57,626 nucleotides of DNA. It comes from a virus. Under the pieces are notes generated by a model, which had not been told where the DNA came from, did no database searches, and saw nothing but the letters and a program-made list of their open reading frames with translations. The stretch spans positions 67,572 through 125,197 of IMG/VR virus record IMGVR_UViG_3300027021_000002. One strand, given 5' to 3'. Positions within the stretch are counted from its first letter, which is position 1. Every line of letters begins with the position of its first letter. The position numbers were made by a program, and so were the translations under genes. Below are positions 1-8,455 of this stretch, piece by piece.

Positions 1-1
1 G

Positions 2-190
2 AGTCACAGTTACAATAGGCGCAAACATGAGATTGATAGGTTTAAGAGGGGAGAATCCGCCTTGCAATTCAAAAAGGTAAAAGGCGTATGGAAGATCAAC
101 ACCGAGAAAAAGGACAAGCAGGAGGGCATTAAGGGGTCTCCGGGCACGTCTGGATGTGTTGGGTGTGAGGTAGAAGATGTACAAGCTTAA
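2..190 (+). CDS. partial hypothetical protein (5' truncated)
   Basis: Open frame from the window edge to TAA at 188-190, overlapping the next start. Confidence 0.55.
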   Translation, partial: SHSYNRRKHEIDRFKRGESALQFKKVKGVWKINTEKKDKQEGIKGSPGTSGCVGCEVEDVQA

Positions 191-467
191 AACGGTTGAT
201 CTTGTAACCATGATATCTGATGTTTTTGACAGAAAGACAGTAGAGAGAATTGAGGATCTTGGGAACGGAAAGCCTTGCCCGATTAACTTTTATATTGATT
301 TTATGACATCGGACTCTTTGAATGTGGTTTGTACATATGCTGACGGGACACAGGAGAAATATCGGTTTGAATGTAGTGAGATCGAAGACGATTCTGAGTT
401 TTCGACATATCCTCCCAACGAATTATTTTATGAAACATTTAGAATGCCAAAAGAACCAAAACATTAA
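177..467 (+). CDS. hypothetical phage protein
   Basis: 96-aa ORF, GAGG SD; stop TAA begins a boundary palindrome. Confidence 0.75.
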   Translation: MYKLKTVDLVTMISDVFDRKTVERIEDLGNGKPCPINFYIDFMTSDSLNVVCTYADGTQEKYRFECSEIEDDSEFSTYPPNELFYETFRMPKEPKH

Positions 468-490
468 ATAGACTATTTTAAGTAAAAGGG

Positions 491-907
491 GTGATTAAAA
501 TGGGTGAATACGAGTTTCATGACAATATCACAAAAGAATTACTCGATGGTGTCAAGACTGGAGATTTAATTAAGGTAAATGATTGGAAGTCTCCACTCCG
601 CGTCAGAGGTGTTTCTGAAAACTATTTCGTAATGTCGAGACGAGCGTTTGGAAAATGCATATATTCCGTATGTGAAAAGAAACCGTGGAAAGGAATTCGG
701 TACAACGCTATGGTTGGTGGCATGTTTCATGTTGGGCGTGATAATTACATATTTGGTGCGCCGATTGATTTTGGCGATACTGATTATTACGATTTTGATA
801 ACCAAGAAGCCACAGCCGAGTATTTAAATTTATTTGAATCTGATGAGTGCGAATTATCTTATCGAAACGCAATACCAATTTATAAACTGTATATAAAAAG
901 AAATTGA
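491..907 (+). CDS. hypothetical phage protein
   Basis: 138-aa ORF directly after a palindrome. Confidence 0.75.
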   Translation: MIKMGEYEFHDNITKELLDGVKTGDLIKVNDWKSPLRVRGVSENYFVMSRRAFGKCIYSVCEKKPWKGIRYNAMVGGMFHVGRDNYIFGAPIDFGDTDYYDFDNQEATAEYLNLFESDECELSYRNAIPIYKLYIKRN

Positions 908-924
908 ATAGATGGAGATTGATA

Positions 925-1362
925 ATGGATAAAGCAGAGATCAAGTATATTGATATCTCGTTTGAAAATTGTGAAGTTGTTCGAGTAGTAAAAAAGGATA
1001 TACATCAATTATATATGTCGGGAATTACAAGACAGTTCTCTTTTACTAATGGTTACGGGGATACATATTGTCACGAGAATCTTATTGCAAATTATATTAT
1101 GTTATCCCTTAAAGATCCCGCCAATACCCTGGATGCGTATATTAGCGATTGGGGACAAACTGAAAGGCCATTTGATCGCATTAAAAAGCATAACGACGTT
1201 GTATGTTTGCATATCCACTACGAAGACGATAGCGAGGAAGAAACATACGCTTATTGGGAGGGCGAAGATGACTACGAAAATCGCCATCAGACATACGAGT
1301 GGAGCGACAATATGCACCGGCTGAAGATTATAATTGATAAAGATTATGTGCGAGGCGTGTAA
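925..1362 (+). CDS. hypothetical phage protein
   Basis: GGAG SD before ATG 925. Confidence 0.7.
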   Translation: MDKAEIKYIDISFENCEVVRVVKKDIHQLYMSGITRQFSFTNGYGDTYCHENLIANYIMLSLKDPANTLDAYISDWGQTERPFDRIKKHNDVVCLHIHYEDDSEEETYAYWEGEDDYENRHQTYEWSDNMHRLKIIIDKDYVRGV

Positions 1363-1363
1363 T

Positions 1364-1624
1364 ATGACAGCATTACAATTATATAAATTTATCCAAAAAC
1401 ATCATCTTGAAATTGATTGGCGGGGCGAAGAACTATTGTTATGGGTTGAGTTTCGTTGCATTGATGAGTTTGCCAGGATGATAAACTCTGTGTTGGACGA
1501 AGGCGGCATACAGGTACATCTGAGAGTAGACTGTGTAGTTTTTGATATTGTTGAACTTTGTGAATGGTTCGATATAGATCCAGAGGAAATCTTGGAAAAA
1601 CCAGAGCATGATTATTGGCAATGA
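1364..1624 (+). CDS. hypothetical phage protein
   Basis: GAGG SD before ATG 1364; stop begins a palindrome. Confidence 0.7.
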   Translation: MTALQLYKFIQKHHLEIDWRGEELLLWVEFRCIDEFARMINSVLDEGGIQVHLRVDCVVFDIVELCEWFDIDPEEILEKPEHDYWQ

Positions 1625-1659
1625 AAAAGATATTTTAATAAAGATGGTGGAGGAGAGAT

Positions 1660-2766
1660 ATGGCACCACAATTTGAGACGGGAGAAGTTGTCCGATACGT
1701 AGGATCACCTTCGGCACCTCGTAATAGATATGTCAAGATAATATCAAGATGCGGGAGTCTTGTTGACTATTCATGGTTGTATAAATTTTGGGGCTGTAAA
1801 ACAGATGAGTGGCTTCCAGAAAGTTATTTTGAAAAAATTGATTATAGCGATGAAAATATATTTACAAAAGTATCTTCTGGGGAATGGAAATTAACAGAAT
1901 TTAAAAAGGAGGATAAAAAGAATATGCCAAAGTTCAAGGTTGGCGAAATGGTAATACATAGATCGACAGGTAGGATCGTTACGATTAATGGCGTTTATGG
2001 ACAAGGTTCACCCACATATACTTTTAACGGTTGTCAACCGGGCGCATTTTATTTTGAAAAAGCATTTGAAAAAATAAAGAAGGAAGAGAGTATGCCCAAG
2101 TTTGAAGTTGGGGAAAAAGTTAAATTTTTAAAAAACGATTCAATTCAACAAATTATTGAAGTTGATGGCGGATTTTATAGGTTCGTCGGTAATCCAACGT
2201 TTTATCCAGAATTATATATTGCAAAACTAAGGGAAGACGAAAAGAATATGGCAAAGTTTAAGGTTGGGGAAAAGGTTAGGGTGTCGATATGTAGCGATCC
2301 GTTTTCTGGCCGAACAGTTACAATAACCAAAGTTGATAATGTGGGTATATATTTATTTTACAAAATCCGAGAAGACAATGAGAGACATTGGTGGAGTGAA
2401 GACATACTCGAAAAATTAAAGGAGGAAAAGACAATGGGAGAAGATTTGTTTAGGAATTTTACAATCAGTTTTACTACGCCGGAGCAAGAGGAGACACAAA
2501 AACCAAAACGTCGCCCTCACCCCAAGAAGATGCTTGATGATCTGGGAATTGAAAAGGTCATTTTATCTGAGAAGCGCGGAAAGGCAGTTACTTATGTTGA
2601 ACTGAAGGACGGACGTAGTGGTAAGGCTACTCAGGATGTTAAGGATACGCCAGATCCGTATGTTGGTATTGCTATTGCTACGTTGTCTGCTATGACTAGC
2701 AGCAAGGTAAACTTTCGTAACATGGTTGACTTCCTGGTTAAAAAAGGCCAATACATTAGAAAGTAG
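1660..2766 (+). CDS. protein with four tandem SH3/KOW-like (xFxVGExV) modules plus a C-terminal domain
   Basis: Repeats QFETGEVV, KFKVGEMV, KFEVGEKV, KFKVGEKV; internal SD+ATG before later modules. Confidence 0.75.
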   Translation: MAPQFETGEVVRYVGSPSAPRNRYVKIISRCGSLVDYSWLYKFWGCKTDEWLPESYFEKIDYSDENIFTKVSSGEWKLTEFKKEDKKNMPKFKVGEMVIHRSTGRIVTINGVYGQGSPTYTFNGCQPGAFYFEKAFEKIKKEESMPKFEVGEKVKFLKNDSIQQIIEVDGGFYRFVGNPTFYPELYIAKLREDEKNMAKFKVGEKVRVSICSDPFSGRTVTITKVDNVGIYLFYKIREDNERHWWSEDILEKLKEEKTMGEDLFRNFTISFTTPEQEETQKPKRRPHPKKMLDDLGIEKVILSEKRGKAVTYVELKDGRSGKATQDVKDTPDPYVGIAIATLSAMTSSKVNFRNMVDFLVKKGQYIRK

Positions 2767-2777
2767 AGAATTAACAA

Positions 2778-3062
2778 ATGGGATGGTTTAAGAAAAAGTC
2801 AAGCATAGAGGAAATCGAGCTAGAGCGCGCTTTACTTAAAATACTAAAGCGTTTTCAGGAATCTAAGTTTAAGCGAGGGCAGAAAGTTATCTTTGGTGTG
2901 AATTTAGATTATTTTCCTGTAGCCAAATATATTAAAGAAAGATCATTTGTAACTATAGATGAAGTTTCAATATGTGACGATCATTTTTACTATTATATTC
3001 GGGAATGTCCTGGTGATTTTCTATGGCCCGAAGATGTGCTCAAACCATACGAAGGTGAATGA
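2778..3062 (+). CDS. hypothetical protein with one SH3/KOW-like module
   Basis: KFKRGQKV...WPEDVLKP resembles the upstream modules. Confidence 0.65.
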   Translation: MGWFKKKSSIEEIELERALLKILKRFQESKFKRGQKVIFGVNLDYFPVAKYIKERSFVTIDEVSICDDHFYYYIRECPGDFLWPEDVLKPYEGE

Positions 3063-3091
3063 ATTTGTTAATTCATTAAAAGGGGTGTCAT

Positions 3092-3319
3092 ATGTCGGTT
3101 ATTAGTAAAGCAAACGAAGCAGATCTTTTAGATTTAGTTATACGAGTCGCTGAAGCAAATGCTATCGACCCGCGAGATGTAAAAATTGTCTGCGCATCCG
3201 ACAAATTGCCAGAAAGGAATTTTGTATATCTCGCGCAGTATTTTTCAAAAGAAGAGATGGTGGTAATTCGGCAACGTATTTTAGAACTGTTGGGAGATTA
3301 TTATGATTCGACCATCTGA
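3092..3319 (+). CDS. hypothetical protein
   Basis: AGGGGTG SD, 75 aa. Confidence 0.65.
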   Translation: MSVISKANEADLLDLVIRVAEANAIDPRDVKIVCASDKLPERNFVYLAQYFSKEEMVVIRQRILELLGDYYDSTI

Positions 3320-3731
3320 AGACGGTATTACTCATATCAATGTTTATTCAAAGGGTAAAACGGATCTTGGTAGATTCCTATCTAACTTCGCATATGCGCC
3401 AATAGAAACGGAAGACGGGCATTTTGATAGCATAGAGGGGTATTGGTATTGGCTATCTTCCAAAGATGATGCCTTACGCTATAAGTCAGGATGGGAAGCA
3501 AAGCGATACGGGCGTAGCATAAATGCGAAAGATTGGCTTGATAAAGACGAATTCAAAGACAAGATACGTAATGCAATAAAAATTAAATTAGAAACGCATC
3601 CAGATAGACTAGAAGAACTTAAGCAATTACAGTTACCGTTCACTCATTATTATGTGTATGGTGACAAAGTTAAGAATGTTCCTTCGGCGTGGTGGATTGT
3701 TGATTATTTAGAATCATTTAAGGAGAAGTAA
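3303..3731 (+). CDS. NADAR-like (T4 30.3-like) protein
   Basis: LSNFA...F.SIEGYWY and EAKRYGR motifs resemble the NADAR fold. Confidence 0.5.
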   Translation: MIRPSEDGITHINVYSKGKTDLGRFLSNFAYAPIETEDGHFDSIEGYWYWLSSKDDALRYKSGWEAKRYGRSINAKDWLDKDEFKDKIRNAIKIKLETHPDRLEELKQLQLPFTHYYVYGDKVKNVPSAWWIVDYLESFKEK

Positions 3732-3732
3732 A

Positions 3733-4089
3733 GTGGAAGACCAGCTACAATATAATCTTGGTATCCTTGATTCGTTCTTAAACCTCAAGCTAAACTGGAA
3801 TGGTAATTGGGCTAAACGGTTTACCAAAGCGCATATAGAAATCGTAAAACGTATAGTGATGATCTTGCCATATCAACCAGAAATTTTCCCCACTGCAAGA
3901 GAAAGTGTCTTATTGGAATATGATAATAATAAAGGTTGGTTTCTTTCATTTGAGATCCGAAAGAACGGCAGGATTGATATGTTTGGTACTTATAATAATG
4001 GAACAACTATTGAGGTTAAGATTTATAAAGAAGATATGATAGAAAGGGTTAATCAGTTCTATAGTGGAGAATTAAAATGTGGTGGATAA
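3733..4089 (+). CDS. hypothetical protein
   Basis: AAGGAG SD, GTG start; LNWNG...PEIFPT pattern. Confidence 0.65.
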   Translation: MEDQLQYNLGILDSFLNLKLNWNGNWAKRFTKAHIEIVKRIVMILPYQPEIFPTARESVLLEYDNNKGWFLSFEIRKNGRIDMFGTYNNGTTIEVKIYKEDMIERVNQFYSGELKCGG

Positions 4090-4253
4090 TAATAAGTATC
4101 GTTTGTCTTATTATCGGGGGACTCATATTTCACAGTTTAACATCGGAAACATATGAAGACAATACACTTTTATTGCTATTAGTTATTCTTGGTTTTGCTA
4201 TTTGTACAACAGGAAGTTTATTACTTCTTGTTGGAATCTTGAGAGTATTATAA
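4077..4253 (+). CDS. small membrane protein (58 aa, two TM segments)
   Basis: Hand translation MWWIIISIVCLIIGG...LLVGILRVL; GGAG SD; not in the ORF track. Confidence 0.6.
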   Translation: MWWIIISIVCLIIGGLIFHSLTSETYEDNTLLLLLVILGFAICTTGSLLLLVGILRVL

Positions 4254-4286
4254 TTGAAATTGAAATTTTAAGTAAGGGGAACATCT

Positions 4287-4856
4287 ATGCATACAGTATT
4301 TTTAATTATCGGCAAATCAGGAGCCGGGAAGGATACGGTAGTAAAAGAACTATGTAGCAGATATGGCTATAAGCAGCTTATATCATATACTACGCGACAA
4401 AGAAGATATGAAGGAGAGAACACACACCTATTTGTCTCTGAGGACGAGTATGAGGCGCACAAGGCGTCTGGAAGTATTGCCGGATACACGCTTTATAATG
4501 AAGATCATTATTTTTCTACTAAAGGACAATTGTATGAAAACGATCTATATGTGATAGATCCGGCTGGCGTAGACTATCTGAAGGACAGGGCATCAAACAT
4601 TAATCTCGTAGGCATTTATCTTGATATCAGTAAAAGAGAGCAGAAGCGCAGAATGAGAAAGCGTGGAGATAAACGTCGTGCTATTAGAAAACGCATCAAG
4701 AACGACAAAATTGCTTTTGCCAATGTAGATCCATCCTGGTATAAAATCGATGCATCCCAAGACCAAGAAGAAATACTGAAAAAAATTAATAAAATAGTGC
4801 GAAAACACTTGACAGATTCGAATAGTTGTGGTATATTAAAGACACCGACACAGTAA
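4287..4856 (+). CDS. gmk: guanylate kinase-like protein
   Basis: P-loop GKSGAGKDT, SYTTR, VIDPAG. Confidence 0.85.
   Translation: MHTVFLIIGKSGAGKDTVVKELCSRYGYKQLISYTTRQRRYEGENTHLFVSEDEYEAHKASGSIAGYTLYNEDHYFSTKGQLYENDLYVIDPAGVDYLKDRASNINLVGIYLDISKREQKRRMRKRGDKRRAIRKRIKNDKIAFANVDPSWYKIDASQDQEEILKKINKIVRKHLTDSNSCGILKTPTQ
4809..4837 (+). promoter_or_regulatory. sigma-A promoter
   Basis: TTGACA-17-TATATT with extended TG. Confidence 0.8.
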
Positions 4857-4880
4857 AAGTTTAATAATGAGGAAGAAATA

Positions 4881-5096
4881 ATGAATAGGCAAATGATTGA
4901 AAACGAGCCTTGTCCCAAATGTGGTGGTAAATTCAAAACCATTAAAGAACATAAAAGACTTCATGTAATCAAGCCGTTTAAAGAGATAGATTGGTGGTTT
5001 GATGTCACAAAGAAATGTTCTTGCTGTGGTTTTAAAGAAGATGGTTGGAGATTCGCAAATCCAAGTGAAGGATATATAGATTCTTGTCCTTGTTAA
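4881..5096 (+). CDS. zinc-ribbon protein
   Basis: CPKC...CSCC. Confidence 0.65.
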   Translation: MNRQMIENEPCPKCGGKFKTIKEHKRLHVIKPFKEIDWWFDVTKKCSCCGFKEDGWRFANPSEGYIDSCPC

Positions 5097-5113
5097 AATA
5101 CTGATTTCATTTT

Positions 5114-5272
5114 AGTGGGGTCGCGGAATAGGTAGACGCTATCGTGGGCGTAGCCCAAGGACGATATGGAGAGAACCAGGCAAGCGGCATAGCTCCGTTC
5201 AAACTCGCTAGGCACAAACGGTCCGTTGTGCCCCTGTAGGGTGACATAACCAACAAATCCCTACCCCCACTA
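5114..5272 (+). ncRNA. tRNA-like RNA A (T-loop insertion, enlarged anticodon and variable regions)
   Basis: Acceptor AGTGGGG/CCCCACT; D arm GCG-GAATAGGTAGA-CGC; T stem GTAGGG-TGAC..AAAT-CCCTAC. Confidence 0.75.
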
Positions 5273-5277
5273 TCTTT

Positions 5278-5417
5278 GGTGACGTAGCAGATCACATTAC
5301 GTGGTAACATCATTTCAGATGTCGAACCTCCTGCGTCACCCGCGAAAGTCTTCGGGCGGAGTATGTTTCTAAACATCATGGATGGCAGAGTTCCAGTCCA
5401 TACTAACCCCTCCGCCC
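5278..5417 (+). ncRNA. two candidate structured RNAs
   Basis: Closing stems GGTGACGTAG/CTGCGTCACC (5278-5340) and GGGCGGAG/CTCCGCCC (5354-5417). Confidence 0.45.
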
Positions 5418-5453
5418 TCTTAAAATCTAAATTTATTAAACGGAGAAAATATT

Positions 5454-5681
5454 ATGATTGTTGAAGAAAAGAAAACCTTCATTTGTGAAGTATGTAGATC
5501 AAGAAGTGACACCGCTCAGGAAGCTAAAGAATGTGAGGAAAGTCACGCAAAAATAGTTAATATAGACGAGACAGAATATTGGATGGGCCACGTTACACCA
5601 CATGCTATTTTTATCAAATTTCAGTTACCAAATGGAGAAACATTATCTAAGAGATTTATCGACGAAATGGAATGTGATTAA
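5454..5681 (+). CDS. hypothetical zinc-finger protein
   Basis: CEVC...CEESH; similar to 37208..37471. Confidence 0.7.
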   Translation: MIVEEKKTFICEVCRSRSDTAQEAKECEESHAKIVNIDETEYWMGHVTPHAIFIKFQLPNGETLSKRFIDEMECD

Positions 5682-5720
5682 TGAATCTGTACTTTCATTT
5701 ATTTCAGTTAGGAGTTTAAC

Positions 5721-6032
5721 ATGAATATTATCTATATAGATCACGGAAACGGTAAGGATTTTATTTTTCGTGTGTCAGATGAAATGGTTAAGCATGTCCA
5801 CAAGGGGGATACAGTTGTGACAGAAACTATGTATGGTATTGCAACGGGTGTTTGTAAAACGGATGTGGTCAAAATTCACAACGACGATGCGGTTTATTTT
5901 GCTCGAACGCATGGCGCATATCTACCCTTTAAACATATAATCGGAAAGCTATATCCTGAGTTAGAAGGTATAGTTATACGCAACATGCTCGATAGGCTTA
6001 TGAAATCAAAGAATGACGATTTACCATTCTAA
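5721..6032 (+). CDS. hypothetical protein
   Basis: AGGAG SD; ends in DDLPF. Confidence 0.7.
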   Translation: MNIIYIDHGNGKDFIFRVSDEMVKHVHKGDTVVTETMYGIATGVCKTDVVKIHNDDAVYFARTHGAYLPFKHIIGKLYPELEGIVIRNMLDRLMKSKNDDLPF

Positions 6033-6050
6033 ACAGGAGGAATAAAAAAA

Positions 6051-6302
6051 ATGAAGCCTTATAAATGTCCTGTATGTAACGGAACTGGAAAAGTCCCAAA
6101 TGGATTCTATAGTAATATTGGTGGAAAATATGGCGTTAGTACAAGTACAGAGCCGGAAGGCTGTAGGGCATGTAATTGTACTGGGGTTATTTGGGGACCA
6201 GATTCATTATGTGCGGAGAGTGATTTAGAAATATCGTGGCAAGGTGGACCACCACACGCCATTTATACTTGGCCCACCCCAGAACTACCTAATGGTAAAT
6301 AG
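6051..6302 (+). CDS. DnaJ-type zinc-finger protein
   Basis: CPVCNGTG and CRACNCTG. Confidence 0.7.
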   Translation: MKPYKCPVCNGTGKVPNGFYSNIGGKYGVSTSTEPEGCRACNCTGVIWGPDSLCAESDLEISWQGGPPHAIYTWPTPELPNGK

Positions 6303-6341
6303 ATAAATACAATATTTTAAGCAATAGAAAGGAGAGTTAAA

Positions 6342-6779
6342 ATGGCTGAAGATACTAAGCGTATAGTAGAAATTAATGGTGTAAAGATAGAGGTAGACCT
6401 TGCGACAGCAAAGCGTGTTGATGAGTTTCGTGTTGGGGATAATGTGAAGGTATTGCGCAAACGGTACAGCAATGAGTATGAGATACTTCCTGGTGTGATA
6501 GTAGAGCTTGTCAACTTTCAAAAGCTACCTACTATGGTGATCGCGGTGTTCTCTTCTGATTATAGCAAAGCGGATGTTACATTCATTAATTATAACGCAG
6601 AAACAAAGGATATTGAAATTGCCCCTTGTGGAGAGCATGAAATAATTCTTGAAAAGTCTGGCGTTATGGACAAATTCAATTACCAAATCGAAAAGGCACA
6701 GACTGAGTTACAAGAATTAATTAACAAACGTGATTATTTTGAAAAGCATTTTTCTAAGTATTTTGTAAAGGAAAATTAA
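6342..6779 (+). CDS. hypothetical phage protein
   Basis: AAAGGAG SD; FRVGDNV module and coiled-coil tail. Confidence 0.75.
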   Translation: MAEDTKRIVEINGVKIEVDLATAKRVDEFRVGDNVKVLRKRYSNEYEILPGVIVELVNFQKLPTMVIAVFSSDYSKADVTFINYNAETKDIEIAPCGEHEIILEKSGVMDKFNYQIEKAQTELQELINKRDYFEKHFSKYFVKEN

Positions 6780-6780
6780 A

Positions 6781-7037
6781 ATGGATCTTTCTAAAATTTC
6801 TACTGATGATTTATTGGAAGAATTGTTAACACGAGATGATAGCAATATACACGAAGTTGATCTCTATCCGAACATGATTATGGTGGATATCAAGATGGAT
6901 ATACAACGAAAATGATTGATGGCCCTGGCAGGGTATTCTATCTTGCAAATGGTCAGCGACATTGTATATACAATGCAGATCCTGTATTTAGCGAAAACGG
7001 ACATTGTATATTCTGTGGTGAGAAGTCAAAGCAATAA
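6781..7037 (+). pseudogene. frameshifted small gene (or sequencing indel)
   Basis: MDLSKISTDDLLEELL... continues in another frame near 6870 as EHDYGG...IDGPGRVF...CIFCGEKSKQ*, ending at a palindrome. Confidence 0.5.
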
Positions 7038-7086
7038 AAAGAAGAATTCATCTAATACAACAAAAGTTTAACAAAGGAATGGTTAT

Positions 7087-7425
7087 GTGGAGTTAGCATC
7101 GGAGGAATGGTGTGATGTTGAGGGATTTGAAGGATATAAGATAAGCACACATGGCAGAGTTAAGTCAAGACATAGAACCCTGAAGCCATATAAGGACGGA
7201 CGCGGATACCTAAGAGTGGATCTTGGTAGAGGAAACAGGCGTAAAGTACATAGACTAGTAGCTCAACACTTCATTGAAAATCCAAAGGATCACCCAATAG
7301 TAAATCACATAGATGGAAATCGTCATAATAACTCAGTTAATAATTTAGAATGGGTTACTGATTCCGGAAATTTAAAACATGCGTGGAAACGCGGGTCTTA
7401 TAAGAATAGGAGAAAGAAGAATTGA
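7087..7425 (+). CDS. NUMOD4/HNH homing endonuclease
   Basis: EEWCDVEGFEGYKISTHGRVKS (NUMOD4); HRLVA..F, VNHIDGNRHNN...NLEW (HNH). Confidence 0.9.
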   Translation: MELASEEWCDVEGFEGYKISTHGRVKSRHRTLKPYKDGRGYLRVDLGRGNRRKVHRLVAQHFIENPKDHPIVNHIDGNRHNNSVNNLEWVTDSGNLKHAWKRGSYKNRRKKN

Positions 7426-7426
7426 G

Positions 7427-7759
7427 ATGAAAAATCTTGAACTTGAGGTTTATAAAATAGGCAAATATAGTGTTTGCGTTAAATGTACCCATATAGCAGA
7501 TCATCTAAGGGGTAGCTTGAACATGGAGGACGAAGATACCGGGTGGGAAATTACATCTGATGACAACCCTGGTCTTTCTGAGTGGGAGTTGAATGTGTGC
7601 GGTTCATTACAAAAATATGATGATGATGAAGTGTGTCATACTTTTGATACTCCTGGAGAACGAGACGATTTTATAAATGCAATAAAAAGATTATTGGTGA
7701 AAATAAACAGCGAGTGTACTGTCGATAATTCCGTATTACAGCTTGAACGTGTTATTTAA
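7427..7759 (+). CDS. hypothetical protein
   Basis: AGGAG upstream of ATG 7427. Confidence 0.65.
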   Translation: MKNLELEVYKIGKYSVCVKCTHIADHLRGSLNMEDEDTGWEITSDDNPGLSEWELNVCGSLQKYDDDEVCHTFDTPGERDDFINAIKRLLVKINSECTVDNSVLQLERVI

Positions 7760-7780
7760 ATAAATAGAATTTTCATTCAC

Positions 7781-7900
7781 GATGGGGCTGCACGAGCGGC
7801 GATGTGTTGCGTAGTAATACGTAGACAATAATGGATAGGTGATATTAGAGTGCTCCACCTTAAAGTTGCTGTCTTGTAGGTTCGAATCCTACCCCCGTTT
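7781..7900 (+). ncRNA. D-armless tRNA-like RNA
   Basis: Acceptor GATGGGG/CCCCGTT; perfect T arm GTAGG-TTCGAAT-CCTAC; no D arm; two internal hairpins. Confidence 0.65.
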
Positions 7901-7906
7901 CTATTT

Positions 7907-7982
7907 GCTTCGGTAGCTCAGTCGGTAGAGCGCAGGACTGAAAATTCTGGCGTCAGTGGTTCAACTCCGCTCCGAAGCACCA
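7907..7982 (+). tRNA. tRNA-Phe (GAA)
   Basis: Cloverleaf, CAGGA-CTGAAAA-TTCTG, encoded CCA. Confidence 0.95.
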
Positions 7983-8124
7983 AAACCGTAGAGGATAGAA
8001 CAGGCAGCTATCGCGCCATGCGTAATACTAGGCCACCCCGTGACTCAGCACCGGACTGACGAGGGAATCAGCCCAAGCCTCTGGTCTTCAAAGAGATGTG
8101 GGAATGTCGCCCCACCTACGGTTT
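7983..8124 (+). ncRNA. structured RNA between the two tRNAs
   Basis: AAACCGTAG/CTACGGTTT closing stem with an abutting T-arm-like GTGGG..CCCAC hairpin. Confidence 0.55.
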
Positions 8125-8129
8125 CTTAT

Positions 8130-8203
8130 GGCTCCTTCGTTCAATGGTAGGACGCAACGCTTTCAATGTTGTAATATGGGTTCGATCCCCGTAGGAGCTA
8201 CCA
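8130..8203 (+). tRNA. tRNA-Glu (TTC)
   Basis: GGCTCCT/AGGAGCT; CAACG-CTTTCAA-TGTTG; CCA end. Confidence 0.92.
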
Positions 8204-8378
8204 GACGGGATGACTGGAATAGGTATACATGGATCGAGGTGCCGAGCGTCACGGTTGCAAACGTGTACCTTATAGCAACGCTCATGTAGGGTGACTATAC
8301 GAGTAACAATGTGTGAGTCTTTAATCTAAACGGCGGACTTTGACCGCGCCGCCTCTCGTCAAATCCCTACTCCCGTCA
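8204..8378 (+). ncRNA. tRNA-like RNA B (about 65-nt insertion in the T-loop)
   Basis: GACGGGA/TCCCGTC; GGAATAGGTATAC D-loop; GTAGGG-TGAC...GTC-AAAT-CCCTAC; starts immediately after the tRNA-Glu CCA. Confidence 0.75.
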
Positions 8379-8380
8379 TT

Positions 8381-8444
8381 AATGAAATAGGGTGCTCAAC
8401 GCCTGGAAAGCGCAGTGGTTTGGACAACTCAGCCCTATTTCATT
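8381..8444 (+). ncRNA. candidate structured RNA
   Basis: Perfect 12-bp closing stem AATGAAATAGGG/CCCTATTTCATT. Confidence 0.45.
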
Positions 8445-8455
8445 TGCCTTCATCT

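Noticed and set aside
5107-5379. 90-aa minus-strand ORF (also + ORF 8098..8289)
   Set aside because: Overlaps structured RNAs or tRNA with no SD; shadow ORF
7781-7900. Bona fide tmRNA
   Set aside because: Too short; no tag ORF and no G3-U70 pair
8056-8080. CTGACGA plus hairpin resembling a hammerhead ribozyme core
   Set aside because: Stem II is followed by AAGC rather than GAAA, and stems I/III were not found
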